A stretch of DNA of 64,000 nucleotides, taken from a phage. This document shows positions 1 to 8,935 of the stretch, piece by piece; positions within the stretch are counted from its first letter, which is position 1, and every line of letters begins with the position of its first letter. The notes beneath the pieces were generated by a model. The model searched no databases. It was given only the letters and a program-made list of their open reading frames with translations, and was not told where the DNA came from. Position numbers and translations under genes: made by a program. The DNA is taken from assembly GCA_025832235.1 (NCBI GenBank), contig GCA_025832235.1_3649.1; one strand, given 5' to 3'.

Positions 1-367
1 CACAAACACGACGAATAGCCGTGATGTCGAAAAAACCTGTGCGATACCACCCAAGAAAAAGGTTTCGTGCAGTGTCAACATCTACATTGATACCATCAAG
101 AACCTTATCTACAAGATAGCTGTCATCCTTTGGACCAGCGTCCTTAGTGCGAATGTAGTTGCCATCTTTTCCAGGCGACATCTCCTTCTCATCCCCAACC
201 TGCATGCCATCATTTGGCGGTGTTAGCCACTTATCCGGATGCTTACGATCACGAGCGTTAGAATGATTACGCTGGAAACCGGGCTTCCACTTGAAAGTTT
301 TCTCCATCTGTTCTTCATTCTGATAACGTTTTGCAATCTTTTCACGGTCATCTTTGCGTGAACCCAT
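1..367 (-). CDS. hypothetical protein, N-terminal part (C-terminus beyond window start)
   Basis: ATG at 367-365 preceded by GAGGAGG; frame open to position 1; absent from ORF track because no in-window stop. Confidence 0.5.
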   Translation of the reverse strand, partial: MGSRKDDREKIAKRYQNEEQMEKTFKWKPGFQRNHSNARDRKHPDKWLTPPNDGMQVGDEKEMSPGKDGNYIRTKDAGPKDDSYLVDKVLDGINVDVDTARNLFLGWYRTGFFDITAIRRVC

Positions 368-871
368 AGCTGCCTCCTCTTCAAGTTATAGAAAAACTCA
401 CTGTATCGCTTTGTAACGAGCTTTTCTATCAAACTGGTGCGATTGCATTACCTGGTATAGTTTATATAGCTGTGGAGCGATTTAGGGGCCTTCTTGTCAG
501 TTTCCACACATAAACTTCATCCAAGCTCGCGCGGGAGACTCTCAACCGACTCCTTACGGCGCTGGCAAGCTTTCGTCGGTGGTCCACATCAGTGCTCGGC
601 CTTTAGCCTGCGCTATCGCTTCGCTCCCACACATGTTAACAGACCTGTATGTATGAACTTCTGTTATTGTGTGCACCAAAGAGGCCCGGCATCTCGCCCC
701 TCGTAGGCGAGTGCCAATGAAGGGCCGACACTGCCCATAGTAAGTAATAAATTTAAAACATGGTACTTAGGATCTAGTATATTCTACATAAGTTAAGTAT
801 ATGTACTTAGTACCATAAGTACTAGATCTTTTATTTTTTATTATTTAGTTATTTTAGTTATATTCTTTATG

Positions 872-952
872 TGTCCGTATCACGGACAGTTAGTGTCCGT
901 ATTACGGGCAGATGTGTCCGCGTGACGGACAGTAGTGTCCGTATCACGGACA
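872..952. promoter_or_regulatory. array of four operator-like palindromes TGTCCGT-N3-ACGGACA
   Basis: copies at 872-888, 894-910, 915-931, 936-952; copies 1 and 4 identical perfect inverted repeats; 21-22 bp phasing. Confidence 0.6.
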
Positions 953-1027
953 GTTACTAACCTCTGTTCCAGAGCGAACATAAAACATACGAATCCTTAT
1001 AGTACAGATATTTAAGTTTTTACTGGT

Positions 1028-1378
1028 CTAACCAGTTGTTGACATTCGAATAACTTCTTCTGGTGGCAAAACTTTGGAAAATGTGCATCTTTTACCTCTC
1101 CCTTGTGTGGATATTTCAACCACTCCCGCACATTCTAAAGTTTTAACGCACGCTGCTGCTTTTGTTTTCTTTATTCCAACATCTGCTGCAATTTTCCTTG
1201 TGCTGGGTGTGAAGCGTGAACTTCCTCCAAGCTTATACCAGTTGTGCAGGTAGCAGTATACGATCTTGTCATACAAGTCAAGAACAACAACCTCCCCAGT
1301 TGTGTCATTCAAAACTTTTGACATAGATAGTATTTCAAGGGGGACTTTAAGATATAGCAGCTTATCCCCATCTTTCAT
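1028..1378 (-). CDS. putative winged-helix DNA-binding protein
   Basis: ORF with AGGAG RBS; helix-turn-helix-like segment STRKIAADVGIKKTKAAACVKTLECAGVV followed by basic wing; function inferred. Confidence 0.45.
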   Translation of the reverse strand: MKDGDKLLYLKVPLEILSMSKVLNDTTGEVVVLDLYDKIVYCYLHNWYKLGGSSRFTPSTRKIAADVGIKKTKAAACVKTLECAGVVEISTQGRGKRCTFSKVLPPEEVIRMSTTG

Positions 1379-1425
1379 ATCTCCTGATTCTCCTTGTGTG
1401 GCAATTTTCTTTAAAATAGCAGGGA

Positions 1426-1980
1426 TTACTCCCCGCTGTCAATAGCAAAACTCATTGCAATACGGTATGCCTCTTCTAATGGTAAGAGTCTCCCCCACAC
1501 ATCCCAACCGACATCAAACTGTCTGCCAAACAACTGTTGTGTGGTTCCGTGAGCATGACCGAACAGTTGGACTGATCCGTGAGGCTTTCTGTTCCACTTT
1601 GCAAACTGGTAATGGCTCATACAGATCAAATTCTTGTTGTGGCGAAGCTCGTAATAATCTACAACCTCATGACCGAACTCTTTCATAATTCTGACAGTCG
1701 TCCTTGTGTCATGGTTACCACGAACAAGAATAATATGTCCGTTCAACATATTTAGAACATCTGGGAGCAATTTGTTAATATTCTTATCATTAGTGCACGC
1801 AATATCTCCTAAGTGAAACACAGTGTCTGCAGGTGACACAACAGAGTTCCACTTGGTGATGATCCCCGCATTCATACTGTCAAGATTGTGATCATACTGA
1901 GATCTGTGTTTTTGACATGAGTCAAACTCCATGACCCGCTGGTGGAGAAAGTGTGTGTCGCTTGTTACAAAGTATTTCAT
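1426..1980 (-). CDS. calcineurin-like metallophosphoesterase (lambda-phosphatase/Pnkp-phosphatase type)
   Basis: motifs SDTHF, GDIA, GNHD, GHAH; start moved to ATG at 1980 (MKYFVTSDTHF) with GAGGAA RBS. Confidence 0.75.
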   Translation of the reverse strand: MKYFVTSDTHFLHQRVMEFDSCQKHRSQYDHNLDSMNAGIITKWNSVVSPADTVFHLGDIACTNDKNINKLLPDVLNMLNGHIILVRGNHDTRTTVRIMKEFGHEVVDYYELRHNKNLICMSHYQFAKWNRKPHGSVQLFGHAHGTTQQLFGRQFDVGWDVWGRLLPLEEAYRIAMSFAIDSGE

Positions 1981-1987
1981 ACATTCC

Positions 1988-2398
1988 TCATTTAAGTTTA
2001 ATGCAGTTTTTAAGCTGGCGTTCCATACGATCCACAACCCTGTCTGGAACATCATGAATGCTTTTACTACCATGGCGGTTTTCAACCACGATTACGGTAT
2101 AACTATACCCATGACTGATCGCCATGTCAATATATTCTTGCACATATTTTTCTTTTGTAAATGTATTACTTACCACGATACGGTCGTATCCCATACGCAT
2201 CATATCTTCTACGTTATCTTTGCACCATTTTGCTGCAAGTGTTACTTTACTTGCATCCCAGTTGTAATTGCCGTCATCGTCGTACCAGAACATGTCGTTC
2301 TCAAAATGTGGGTACAGACCTTCTAAAGATAGCGCATTTGCCAGTGTTGATTTGCCAGACCCTGGTAGACCACGCACGATATATAGCATTTTAGACAT
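1988..2398 (-). CDS. polynucleotide kinase-like P-loop kinase (T4 Pnk kinase-domain type)
   Basis: P-loop GLPGSGKST, later VVSNTFT resembling T4 Pnk; start moved to ATG at 2398 (MSKMLYIV) with GGAGGG RBS; stop 7 nt before phosphatase start. Confidence 0.65.
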   Translation of the reverse strand: MSKMLYIVRGLPGSGKSTLANALSLEGLYPHFENDMFWYDDDGNYNWDASKVTLAAKWCKDNVEDMMRMGYDRIVVSNTFTKEKYVQEYIDMAISHGYSYTVIVVENRHGSKSIHDVPDRVVDRMERQLKNCIKLK

Positions 2399-2498
2399 AG
2401 TAACCCTCCGTTTTAATTTCAATGATAGTATACCTAACTGTTTTGTTAATTTCAAGTGTTGACACTGGGTTATTTGTGTGGCAGGATAAAGGGACAAA

Positions 2499-3434
2499 AT
2501 GACAAATGAGGAACGTATGATGAAGTATTTTAATGCAGACGACCTAGTTGACAAAGGTCTTGTAACCAGCAGATATTACCCAGATCTTGGGTTAAAGATC
2601 TATAAATATGCCAGAAAAGTATTCTACAACAACTTATGGCATTTGTCTCCTCGATTACTGGAGTGCCGAGGCATTGTTGTCGGTAATGAAGGAAATGTTG
2701 TGGCATGGCCCTTCACAAAAGTGTTTAACTTGGGAGAAAACTCCACCAACCTGCCTGACAATAAGCTTGTGACGGCGGTAGAGAAAAAGAACGGATTCCT
2801 TGGTGTGGTGTCATCTCATAAAGGTGAACTATTGTTCTCAACAACCGGGTCTCTTGATTCCCCATATTGTAACCTTGCAAAGGAAACCATCCAGGAGCAA
2901 TGCGGTAATTTAGATCTTATCAAGAAGGTTATGGGCAATGAAAACATGACATTCATGTTTGAAATTTGTCACCCTTCAGATCCGCATATTGTTCAGGAAG
3001 ATCATGGCGCATATTTGATAGGTTGCAGATATAATGATTCTGGAATAATGCTACCAGAAGCCGCTTTAGATGGGATTGCCAAATACCTTGGTGCAAAACG
3101 TCCTCACACTGTGCGTGAAATTCCGTTCAGCTATGCAAAAGAGTTAGCTGCAGAAACAAGAGGTGAAGGATATATGATTCGTAAGCCTTACTACCCTTAT
3201 GATCTGCAGTTGAAGATCAAGTCTCCATACTATCTGGCACGAAAGGCCGTAATGAGGGGTAAAGCTTGGAAGATTTGGGATGATGATATCTTTAAACGTG
3301 TTGACGAAGAGTTTTACGGCATGGTAAACTTCATTCGTAACAACTACACAGAGGATGTATGGAACTGCCTCCTGGAGCAGGAACGCCGTGAGATACTTGA
3401 CTGCTATTTCCACAACGAGGACTATATGCAATGA
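2499..3434 (+). CDS. rnlA: RNA ligase 1 (T4 RnlA-like)
   Basis: ECRGI, KVFNLGEN and nucleotidyltransferase motif I EKKNG, motif IV EGYMIR, motif V KIK; resemblance to T4 Rnl1 from memory. Confidence 0.7.
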   Translation: MTNEERMMKYFNADDLVDKGLVTSRYYPDLGLKIYKYARKVFYNNLWHLSPRLLECRGIVVGNEGNVVAWPFTKVFNLGENSTNLPDNKLVTAVEKKNGFLGVVSSHKGELLFSTTGSLDSPYCNLAKETIQEQCGNLDLIKKVMGNENMTFMFEICHPSDPHIVQEDHGAYLIGCRYNDSGIMLPEAALDGIAKYLGAKRPHTVREIPFSYAKELAAETRGEGYMIRKPYYPYDLQLKIKSPYYLARKAVMRGKAWKIWDDDIFKRVDEEFYGMVNFIRNNYTEDVWNCLLEQERREILDCYFHNEDYMQ

Positions 3435-3781
3435 AGAAGTTGATTGTGTGGCTGGATGACTTGAGAGATCCGTCAAATTACGGGCTCCAAGACGCTGTTT
3501 GGCTAAAGAATTCCTCCGAGTTTATAGATTTTATTAACGATAATAGAAAGCTCTACAGACGCGTTTCTGAGTGGCACATGGACAACGACCTTGGAGAGTT
3601 GTTCGAAGGGTACGATTGCCTATCTATGTTGGAGGAAAAATTTGTATTTGGTAAGCCCCCTGTAGTTGACAACGTGAAGATTTTCGTGCATACTTCTAAC
3701 CCATCAGCGGCTCGTAAATTCATGCTTGCAGCTGACTCGTTTAAAAAGTTTGGAATAGAGATTAAACAAAACATCTACTGA
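3431..3781 (+). CDS. hypothetical protein, translationally coupled upstream of sirtuin
   Basis: ATGA overlap with rnlA stop; ends 9 nt before Sir2 start. Confidence 0.5.
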   Translation: MKKLIVWLDDLRDPSNYGLQDAVWLKNSSEFIDFINDNRKLYRRVSEWHMDNDLGELFEGYDCLSMLEEKFVFGKPPVVDNVKIFVHTSNPSAARKFMLAADSFKKFGIEIKQNIY

Positions 3782-3789
3782 GGACACTT

Positions 3790-4551
3790 ATGCGACGACT
3801 GATTATTATCTCCGGTGCTGGTTTGAGCGCTGAATCTGGTATTCCCACTTTCCGATCTGGTAGCACTGCAATGTGGGAGAATTTCAGCATCGATGAGGTG
3901 TGCAACATCCACACCTTTGCCAAGAACTACTACAAGGTGCATGACTTTTACAATGCACGTCGTGTAGCTCTAGGCGGTGTTGAGCCTAACCTTGCACATC
4001 TTCGGATCGCTGAGTGGTATTCCCGCTGGTCTGGTCGTGTGATCAACCTTACCACCAATGTAGATGATTTGCTGGAGCGTGCGGGTGTAAAACATGAAGA
4101 TATTTTACATGTTCACGGGTATTTGCCAGAAATAGTCTATGAGGACGATGAAGGAAGTGACGTCATTAAGGACATTGGATACTCTGAGGTAGATGCAGGA
4201 AAGTATACCTGGGTTAAACCTAATGTGGTGTTCTTCGGAGAAGTAGCTCCGAAGTATACAGACATGTATGACCTGTTGACTTCTCTTACAAGCAATGATA
4301 TGGTTATCCTTGTAGGGTGTTCCAACACAGTTATCAATTTTAACTGGGAGCTATTCCCTGCCTGCAATAAGGGAACCAAACTACTGATCGTTAATAAATA
4401 CGACTCACAGCATCTAGAGGAGAATGGCATTTCACGTAGTGATATTTACCAGTATGAGGATCGCGGCATCCCAGTTTGGTTTAACGGTGCGGTTGATGCC
4501 TTCTCTGATAAAACATTCATTGAGACCGTAGAAAACTTTATGGAACTTTAA
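3790..4551 (+). CDS. Sir2-family NAD-dependent deacylase / ADP-ribosyltransferase
   Basis: sirtuin signature GAGLSAESGIPTFRSG near N-terminus, later FFGE; GAGGA RBS. Confidence 0.8.
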   Translation: MRRLIIISGAGLSAESGIPTFRSGSTAMWENFSIDEVCNIHTFAKNYYKVHDFYNARRVALGGVEPNLAHLRIAEWYSRWSGRVINLTTNVDDLLERAGVKHEDILHVHGYLPEIVYEDDEGSDVIKDIGYSEVDAGKYTWVKPNVVFFGEVAPKYTDMYDLLTSLTSNDMVILVGCSNTVINFNWELFPACNKGTKLLIVNKYDSQHLEENGISRSDIYQYEDRGIPVWFNGAVDAFSDKTFIETVENFMEL

Positions 4552-4564
4552 AAGGAGACCTTTA

Positions 4565-5278
4565 ATGCTGAATACTAAATTAATTGACAACCTGGAAAAA
4601 CTGTCCCAACCTGAAAACTACCTTTGGTCTGCCAACTGGGTGGAAAACTGGAACCGTGTGGCAGCTAAAGTGAAAAAATCATACACACCGTTCGAATTAC
4701 AGCTTAGCTTCATTGAGGAAGAGTTCAATGAAGTTTTGGAAGAGCTGGAAAAAGGGGATGGTGGAGATCACCTGCTAAAAGAGGCCTGCGATCTTCACGT
4801 TGTCACAAGTTATGCCGCTTATCTTGTTAATGACAATCACGAAAAGTGGTCAAACCTGTTTGATAATCCACGAGGTCTTAAGTTCAAGATCGGTGAGTTC
4901 TATGATACACTGATCGCTGCGAAAAACACCTCTAAGCAAAGAGCATCCGCTTACCGCTTAGCAGAGTTGTCAACAGCTTTGCTGTTCCAGCTTCGCGGCG
5001 ATGTGTGCGGGATGATGCGTAAGGTTCTCAAATCGAATGACAGCAAGTTTGCACGGGTCAACCATCTACGGTATTCACACGGTGCCAGTGCAGATATGCC
5101 TGCTGAACAACTCATCGAGTTGGAGATTAAAGATCTTGAGCGACGCTTTGATGGTCGATATGAAGGTTTTGTTGCTAAGGAAGAATTCTACAACGGTAAT
5201 AAAGTTATCATATTCCTTGACAGTAAAGGTAAGATCATGAAGCCTTCGAGCTTCAAGGATGTAGCAGAGTATATTTAA
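4565..5278 (+). CDS. hypothetical protein, possible MazG-like NTP pyrophosphohydrolase N-domain
   Basis: EExxE...E..D pattern (IEEEFNEVLEELEKGD...LLKEACDL); followed by hairpin at about 5284-5300. Confidence 0.4.
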   Translation: MLNTKLIDNLEKLSQPENYLWSANWVENWNRVAAKVKKSYTPFELQLSFIEEEFNEVLEELEKGDGGDHLLKEACDLHVVTSYAAYLVNDNHEKWSNLFDNPRGLKFKIGEFYDTLIAAKNTSKQRASAYRLAELSTALLFQLRGDVCGMMRKVLKSNDSKFARVNHLRYSHGASADMPAEQLIELEIKDLERRFDGRYEGFVAKEEFYNGNKVIIFLDSKGKIMKPSSFKDVAEYI

Positions 5279-5341
5279 CAACATGGCCGGGATTACCCGG
5301 CTTTACTTGTTGTGGAAAGTATGCAAGTGAGGCAGATAGTT

Positions 5342-5650
5342 ATGTACAAGCACTCTAGAGATCTTGAAAACGATGCTGTGTTTGGGGATCAGATGAAAGA
5401 GTTGGTTAAACTTATAGGCAGGATAGAGGATAAGTTTGACACTAAGATCTACATCGACAGCAAAGTATTCAACCACAAAATATGGACAAATCTGTGTGTT
5501 GGACTACATGGAGATAAAGATGTGGTAAATTTAGTTGTAATTAAGTTCATAGTGTGGCAGAATAAAACTATAAATTATTACGATCCACACCTGCTTGTTT
5601 ACCCAATAAAAGATCTATTAGATAAGGAGGACTGCAATGCCGTTATTTAA
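5342..5650 (+). CDS. hypothetical protein
   Basis: ORF; start moved to ATG 5342 with GAGG RBS (ORF-track start 5312 lies inside a hairpin). Confidence 0.4.
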   Translation: MYKHSRDLENDAVFGDQMKELVKLIGRIEDKFDTKIYIDSKVFNHKIWTNLCVGLHGDKDVVNLVVIKFIVWQNKTINYYDPHLLVYPIKDLLDKEDCNAVI

Positions 5651-5906
5651 TCTTGCTAAACCTGTAGAAGCACACCAGTTTGACGGAAGCTCTTCATCAG
5701 TATCTGATCTGCAACGGTGGATTGATACAGGTGTGTTTACATCGTCACCTGTTCGGACCAGAGATCTTCGTCGCATGTGTGAGCTTGTAGAGCCGTTTGG
5801 TAACCTAGTCTTGTACCAGGGTGATTGGCTTGTTGATTTTATGGGGGACTGGTTGGTAATGAGTAAAGAAGAGATGTTTAAAATTTTTAAGGAAGAGGCC
5901 GAGTAA
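5637..5906 (+). CDS. hypothetical protein
   Basis: ORF in compact same-strand array. Confidence 0.4.
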   Translation: MPLFNLAKPVEAHQFDGSSSSVSDLQRWIDTGVFTSSPVRTRDLRRMCELVEPFGNLVLYQGDWLVDFMGDWLVMSKEEMFKIFKEEAE

Positions 5907-7189
5907 TGCATCAAATCAAAACAACACTGTACGCACTGAACAAAGATGGCAGCTACCAACAGTGGAAAGTATTCACGGATGGTGATAAGGTTATCGTAGA
6001 GTTTGGCAAGCTTGATGGTAAACTGCAATACAAAGAGACGATCTGCACACCTAAGAACGTGGGTCGCGCCAATGAAACTACAGCTGAGCAACAGGCCGAG
6101 CTGGAAGCGATCAGTAAGTGGGAAAAACAGGTCCGACTCGGGTACGTGGAGAGTATGGAAGATTGTGAGCAAGGTGTTGATCTTTTACCCATGTTGGTGC
6201 ATGACTACCTGAAGCGTGGCAAGGCACTTAAATTACCTTGCTGGATCTTGCGTAAGTTAGATGGCCTTCGTCTACTTGTTGTTTTCCAGAATGGTGAGCC
6301 TAAATTTATTTCCCGTGGTAATAAGTCCTACCCTATTCAAGGAAAGCTTCTGGAGCAACTTCGCTCTTTCCACCTAACCACCGGGATTAAACAGCTCGAC
6401 GGAGAGCTCTATATTCATGGTCTACCTCTGCAGAAAATAGTGTCTCTTGCTAAACGGTGGCGCACACAGGAAGAAATTCAGGCCGAGATCGATAAAGACT
6501 ACAAGGCAGATAAAAAACGCCGTCAGGCTGCGATTAAAGCAGGTTTAGCAACATACAAAAACTTCAACAAGGTGGACATTCCTGTTGATGTTGAGCCTGT
6601 TCGTGATGATTTGCGTTACGGAGGGTACTGCAGCTACGACTTAGAGTATCATATTTTCGATATTCCTAGCGATAAGGTGTGGTGGGATCCTGAAACAGAG
6701 TCTGGTCGCTGTAAGGATCTTATGGAGGCAAACGGTGCTATTACTTCTTTGATGCTTGATCATATTAAGGTTGTTGATGCAGAGCTTGCATATACGGTTG
6801 ATCGGTGCGAAGAGTCTGTTGGTATATTTATGTCTGAAGGATATGAAGGTACCATTATGCGTAACTTCTGTGGTAAATATGAGTATGGTCAGCGAACATC
6901 TGAAGCATTGAAATGGAAAAAGTTCAACGACGCAGAGGTGAAAGTTATTGACGTTGAGAAAGATAAGAATGATGAAGGTGTTCTTATCTGTGTTGACAAG
7001 GAAGGTGTTGTTGTTAAAATGAAGATGAAAGGCACGCACGAGGAGCGTAGCTATGACAGGATGCAGGAAATGATCGGAAAGTTCGTCACCTTCAAATATC
7101 AAGCGAGGACAGAAGACAACAACTACCAATTCCCTGTCGGTATCTGCGTCCGAAATGTTAACCCAGATACTTGGGAGGTTCTGGAATGA
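5906..7189 (+). CDS. ATP-dependent DNA ligase
   Basis: motif I KLDGLR, DGELY, motif IV EGTIMR, motif V LKWKK; AAGGAAGAGG RBS. Confidence 0.8.
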   Translation: MHQIKTTLYALNKDGSYQQWKVFTDGDKVIVEFGKLDGKLQYKETICTPKNVGRANETTAEQQAELEAISKWEKQVRLGYVESMEDCEQGVDLLPMLVHDYLKRGKALKLPCWILRKLDGLRLLVVFQNGEPKFISRGNKSYPIQGKLLEQLRSFHLTTGIKQLDGELYIHGLPLQKIVSLAKRWRTQEEIQAEIDKDYKADKKRRQAAIKAGLATYKNFNKVDIPVDVEPVRDDLRYGGYCSYDLEYHIFDIPSDKVWWDPETESGRCKDLMEANGAITSLMLDHIKVVDAELAYTVDRCEESVGIFMSEGYEGTIMRNFCGKYEYGQRTSEALKWKKFNDAEVKVIDVEKDKNDEGVLICVDKEGVVVKMKMKGTHEERSYDRMQEMIGKFVTFKYQARTEDNNYQFPVGICVRNVNPDTWEVLE

Positions 7190-7342
7190 TGTAGGGAGGT
7201 TCAGTAGATAACGGTAGCCAATTGAATAAGTGTTTTCAATTTGCACCTACATATACCCTGATGTATGCACTGTGCAACCTAGCCACACCACACAGTGGTG
7301 CTGATCGGGGCCTCGTTATGAGTAAACTGGAGAGTATGAAAA

Positions 7343-7840
7343 ATGAAACTTGATAAAAATGTTCAACGAAAAGCTTTCTTGGATCTTATTGGCTGGGCAG
7401 AGGGAACAACAACCCACCCTGCCACCAAATGTGGAGGATACGATGTTGTAGCATACGGGATGGACGGAAAACCTGAAATCTTTACAGATTTTTCCACGCA
7501 CCCTTTTGCAAACGGTCGCCCTGGTAAAGTGTTTAACTCAAAAGGGCAAAGAACTACAGCCTGCGGTAAATATCAATTTCTTGTCAAATACTGGGAACAC
7601 TACAAAAAACAGCTTAAGTTGCCGGATTTTGGACCAGATAGTCAGGATAAGTGGGCGATCCAATTGATCAGGGAACGTAAAGCACTTGAAGATATAGATA
7701 ACGGTCATATTAAATCTGCTATACGTAAGACCTCAAATATTTGGGCTTCGTTCCCATACAACAAGTACGACCAAAATCCAAAAACCATTGACAAGTTGCT
7801 TAAGAAATTTGTAGAGTTTGGAGGTGTTGTTCTGGATTAA
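7343..7840 (+). CDS. lambda R-type endolysin (lytic transglycosylase, GH104)
   Basis: near-colinear with lambda R as recalled: QRKAFLD...GW.EGT...GYDV...FTD.S.HP...TA.G.YQ...W..Y.KQL.L.DF.P.SQD..A.Q.I.ER.AL..ID.G.I..AI...SNIWAS.P. Confidence 0.85.
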   Translation: MKLDKNVQRKAFLDLIGWAEGTTTHPATKCGGYDVVAYGMDGKPEIFTDFSTHPFANGRPGKVFNSKGQRTTACGKYQFLVKYWEHYKKQLKLPDFGPDSQDKWAIQLIRERKALEDIDNGHIKSAIRKTSNIWASFPYNKYDQNPKTIDKLLKKFVEFGGVVLD

Positions 7841-7894
7841 TGATCAAAAGGTAGGCCACTCGCCTACCTTGCTACACCAGAGGTGTGTTGAGAT

Positions 7895-8656
7895 ATGACG
7901 ATACATTTCTTTTTTAATGATCACTACCCTTATTGGTACAAGGATGGTGATCTAATCTTTTGGAAACCTGGCTACAGTAGGAATGGAAATAGGGCGGGAC
8001 ACTACAACAAAAAGACTGGATATTTCCAAGTGTACAATAAGCTGACAAATGTTAAACGTGGCAGACATAGGGAAATTTTTGACATGTTTTACGGATGTGT
8101 CACAGATGCTTGGCATATTGATCATATTATCTCTAAGAAAAATTCTACTAACGGAGTGCCTGTAGACAAGATAGAAAACCTTCAAATGTTGAAGCCTTGG
8201 GATAACTACTGTAAGAGAGCCTTGGAAAATGTGCAAAGCAATAACACTTCTACAGTGACTGGTGTGGTATGGCTAAAAAGAGAGGGTAAGTGGAGGGCAA
8301 GTAGAAGGATAAATAGGGTAAATGTTAGGTTGGGAGATTTTGACACTTTCGAAGAGGCCAAGGCTAGGATTGAATGGTCAATAGCCAACCCGGAAGAGGC
8401 TTTAAAGATAGTTCCAAACCCGCACAAGAATAATATCCTGCCCGGTATTGATTGGTCTAAGAAAGATACCTGTTGGAGGGCACGAGATAATAAAGGAAGA
8501 AACTTAAGGTGCTTCAACGACAGGAAGTGGCTAAATCCATGGTGGGAGGCAGTTTGTGCAAGAAAGTCTTGGGAAGTAAACTGTCTCTACGGAGGGATGT
8601 CACTAACTGAATGGAAGTTATCCAGAGGCTATCCAAGACCTTGTGTTGAGGATTGA
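7895..8656 (+). CDS. HNH homing endonuclease with AP2-type DNA-binding domain
   Basis: HNH core WHIDHI...N...NLQML; AP2-like VTGVVWLKREGKWRASRRINRVNVRLGDFDTFEEA; free-standing between endolysin and next gene. Confidence 0.7.
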   Translation: MTIHFFFNDHYPYWYKDGDLIFWKPGYSRNGNRAGHYNKKTGYFQVYNKLTNVKRGRHREIFDMFYGCVTDAWHIDHIISKKNSTNGVPVDKIENLQMLKPWDNYCKRALENVQSNNTSTVTGVVWLKREGKWRASRRINRVNVRLGDFDTFEEAKARIEWSIANPEEALKIVPNPHKNNILPGIDWSKKDTCWRARDNKGRNLRCFNDRKWLNPWWEAVCARKSWEVNCLYGGMSLTEWKLSRGYPRPCVED

Positions 8657-8704
8657 TCATTGACATAACCACACGGACGTGGTATTGTTACCTCATAAAA
8701 TGTT

Positions 8705-8926
8705 ATGGAGTGTTTAACCATGAAAGATTTTCTGTTGGCAATTTTGTTCATGGCAGCATGTCTGGCCTGTGGTGTCGTGTTTGCAGGTGAAACAGCGTAT
8801 CTTGTCGATGTGTATCGGGACAATGGTAAACGTATTTGCCTTTATGAGACAAGCCAAGGTGAGCTCTACGAGCTTGTGAAACAAGGCGAGGCAGGTTCCT
8901 GCCCTCGCACCCATTTCTTTGAATAA
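8705..8926 (+). CDS. small protein with N-terminal signal/TM segment, possible lipoprotein
   Basis: hydrophobic LLAILFMAACLAC then soluble domain with Cys pair; lipobox match imperfect. Confidence 0.4.
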   Translation: MECLTMKDFLLAILFMAACLACGVVFAGETAYLVDVYRDNGKRICLYETSQGELYELVKQGEAGSCPRTHFFE

Positions 8927-8935
8927 GGGGGATAC

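Noticed and set aside
223-432. Minus-strand 69-aa ORF from the ORF track
   Set aside because: Out of frame with the RBS-supported gene starting at 367 and overlaps its RBS; treated as an alternative-frame artefact.
494-706. Plus-strand 70-aa ORF in the GC-rich segment
   Set aside because: No RBS, Cys/Arg-rich low-complexity product, lies in a region better explained as noncoding leader or structured RNA.
1931-2462. Plus-strand ORFs 1931-2326, 2161-2394 and 2268-2462
   Set aside because: Antisense to the P-loop kinase and metallophosphatase genes, which carry clear catalytic motifs and RBSs.
8705-8926. Holin or spanin assignment for the 73-aa protein after the endolysin
   Set aside because: Only one hydrophobic segment and no charged C-terminal tail or C-terminal TM; kept as generic signal/lipoprotein-like.
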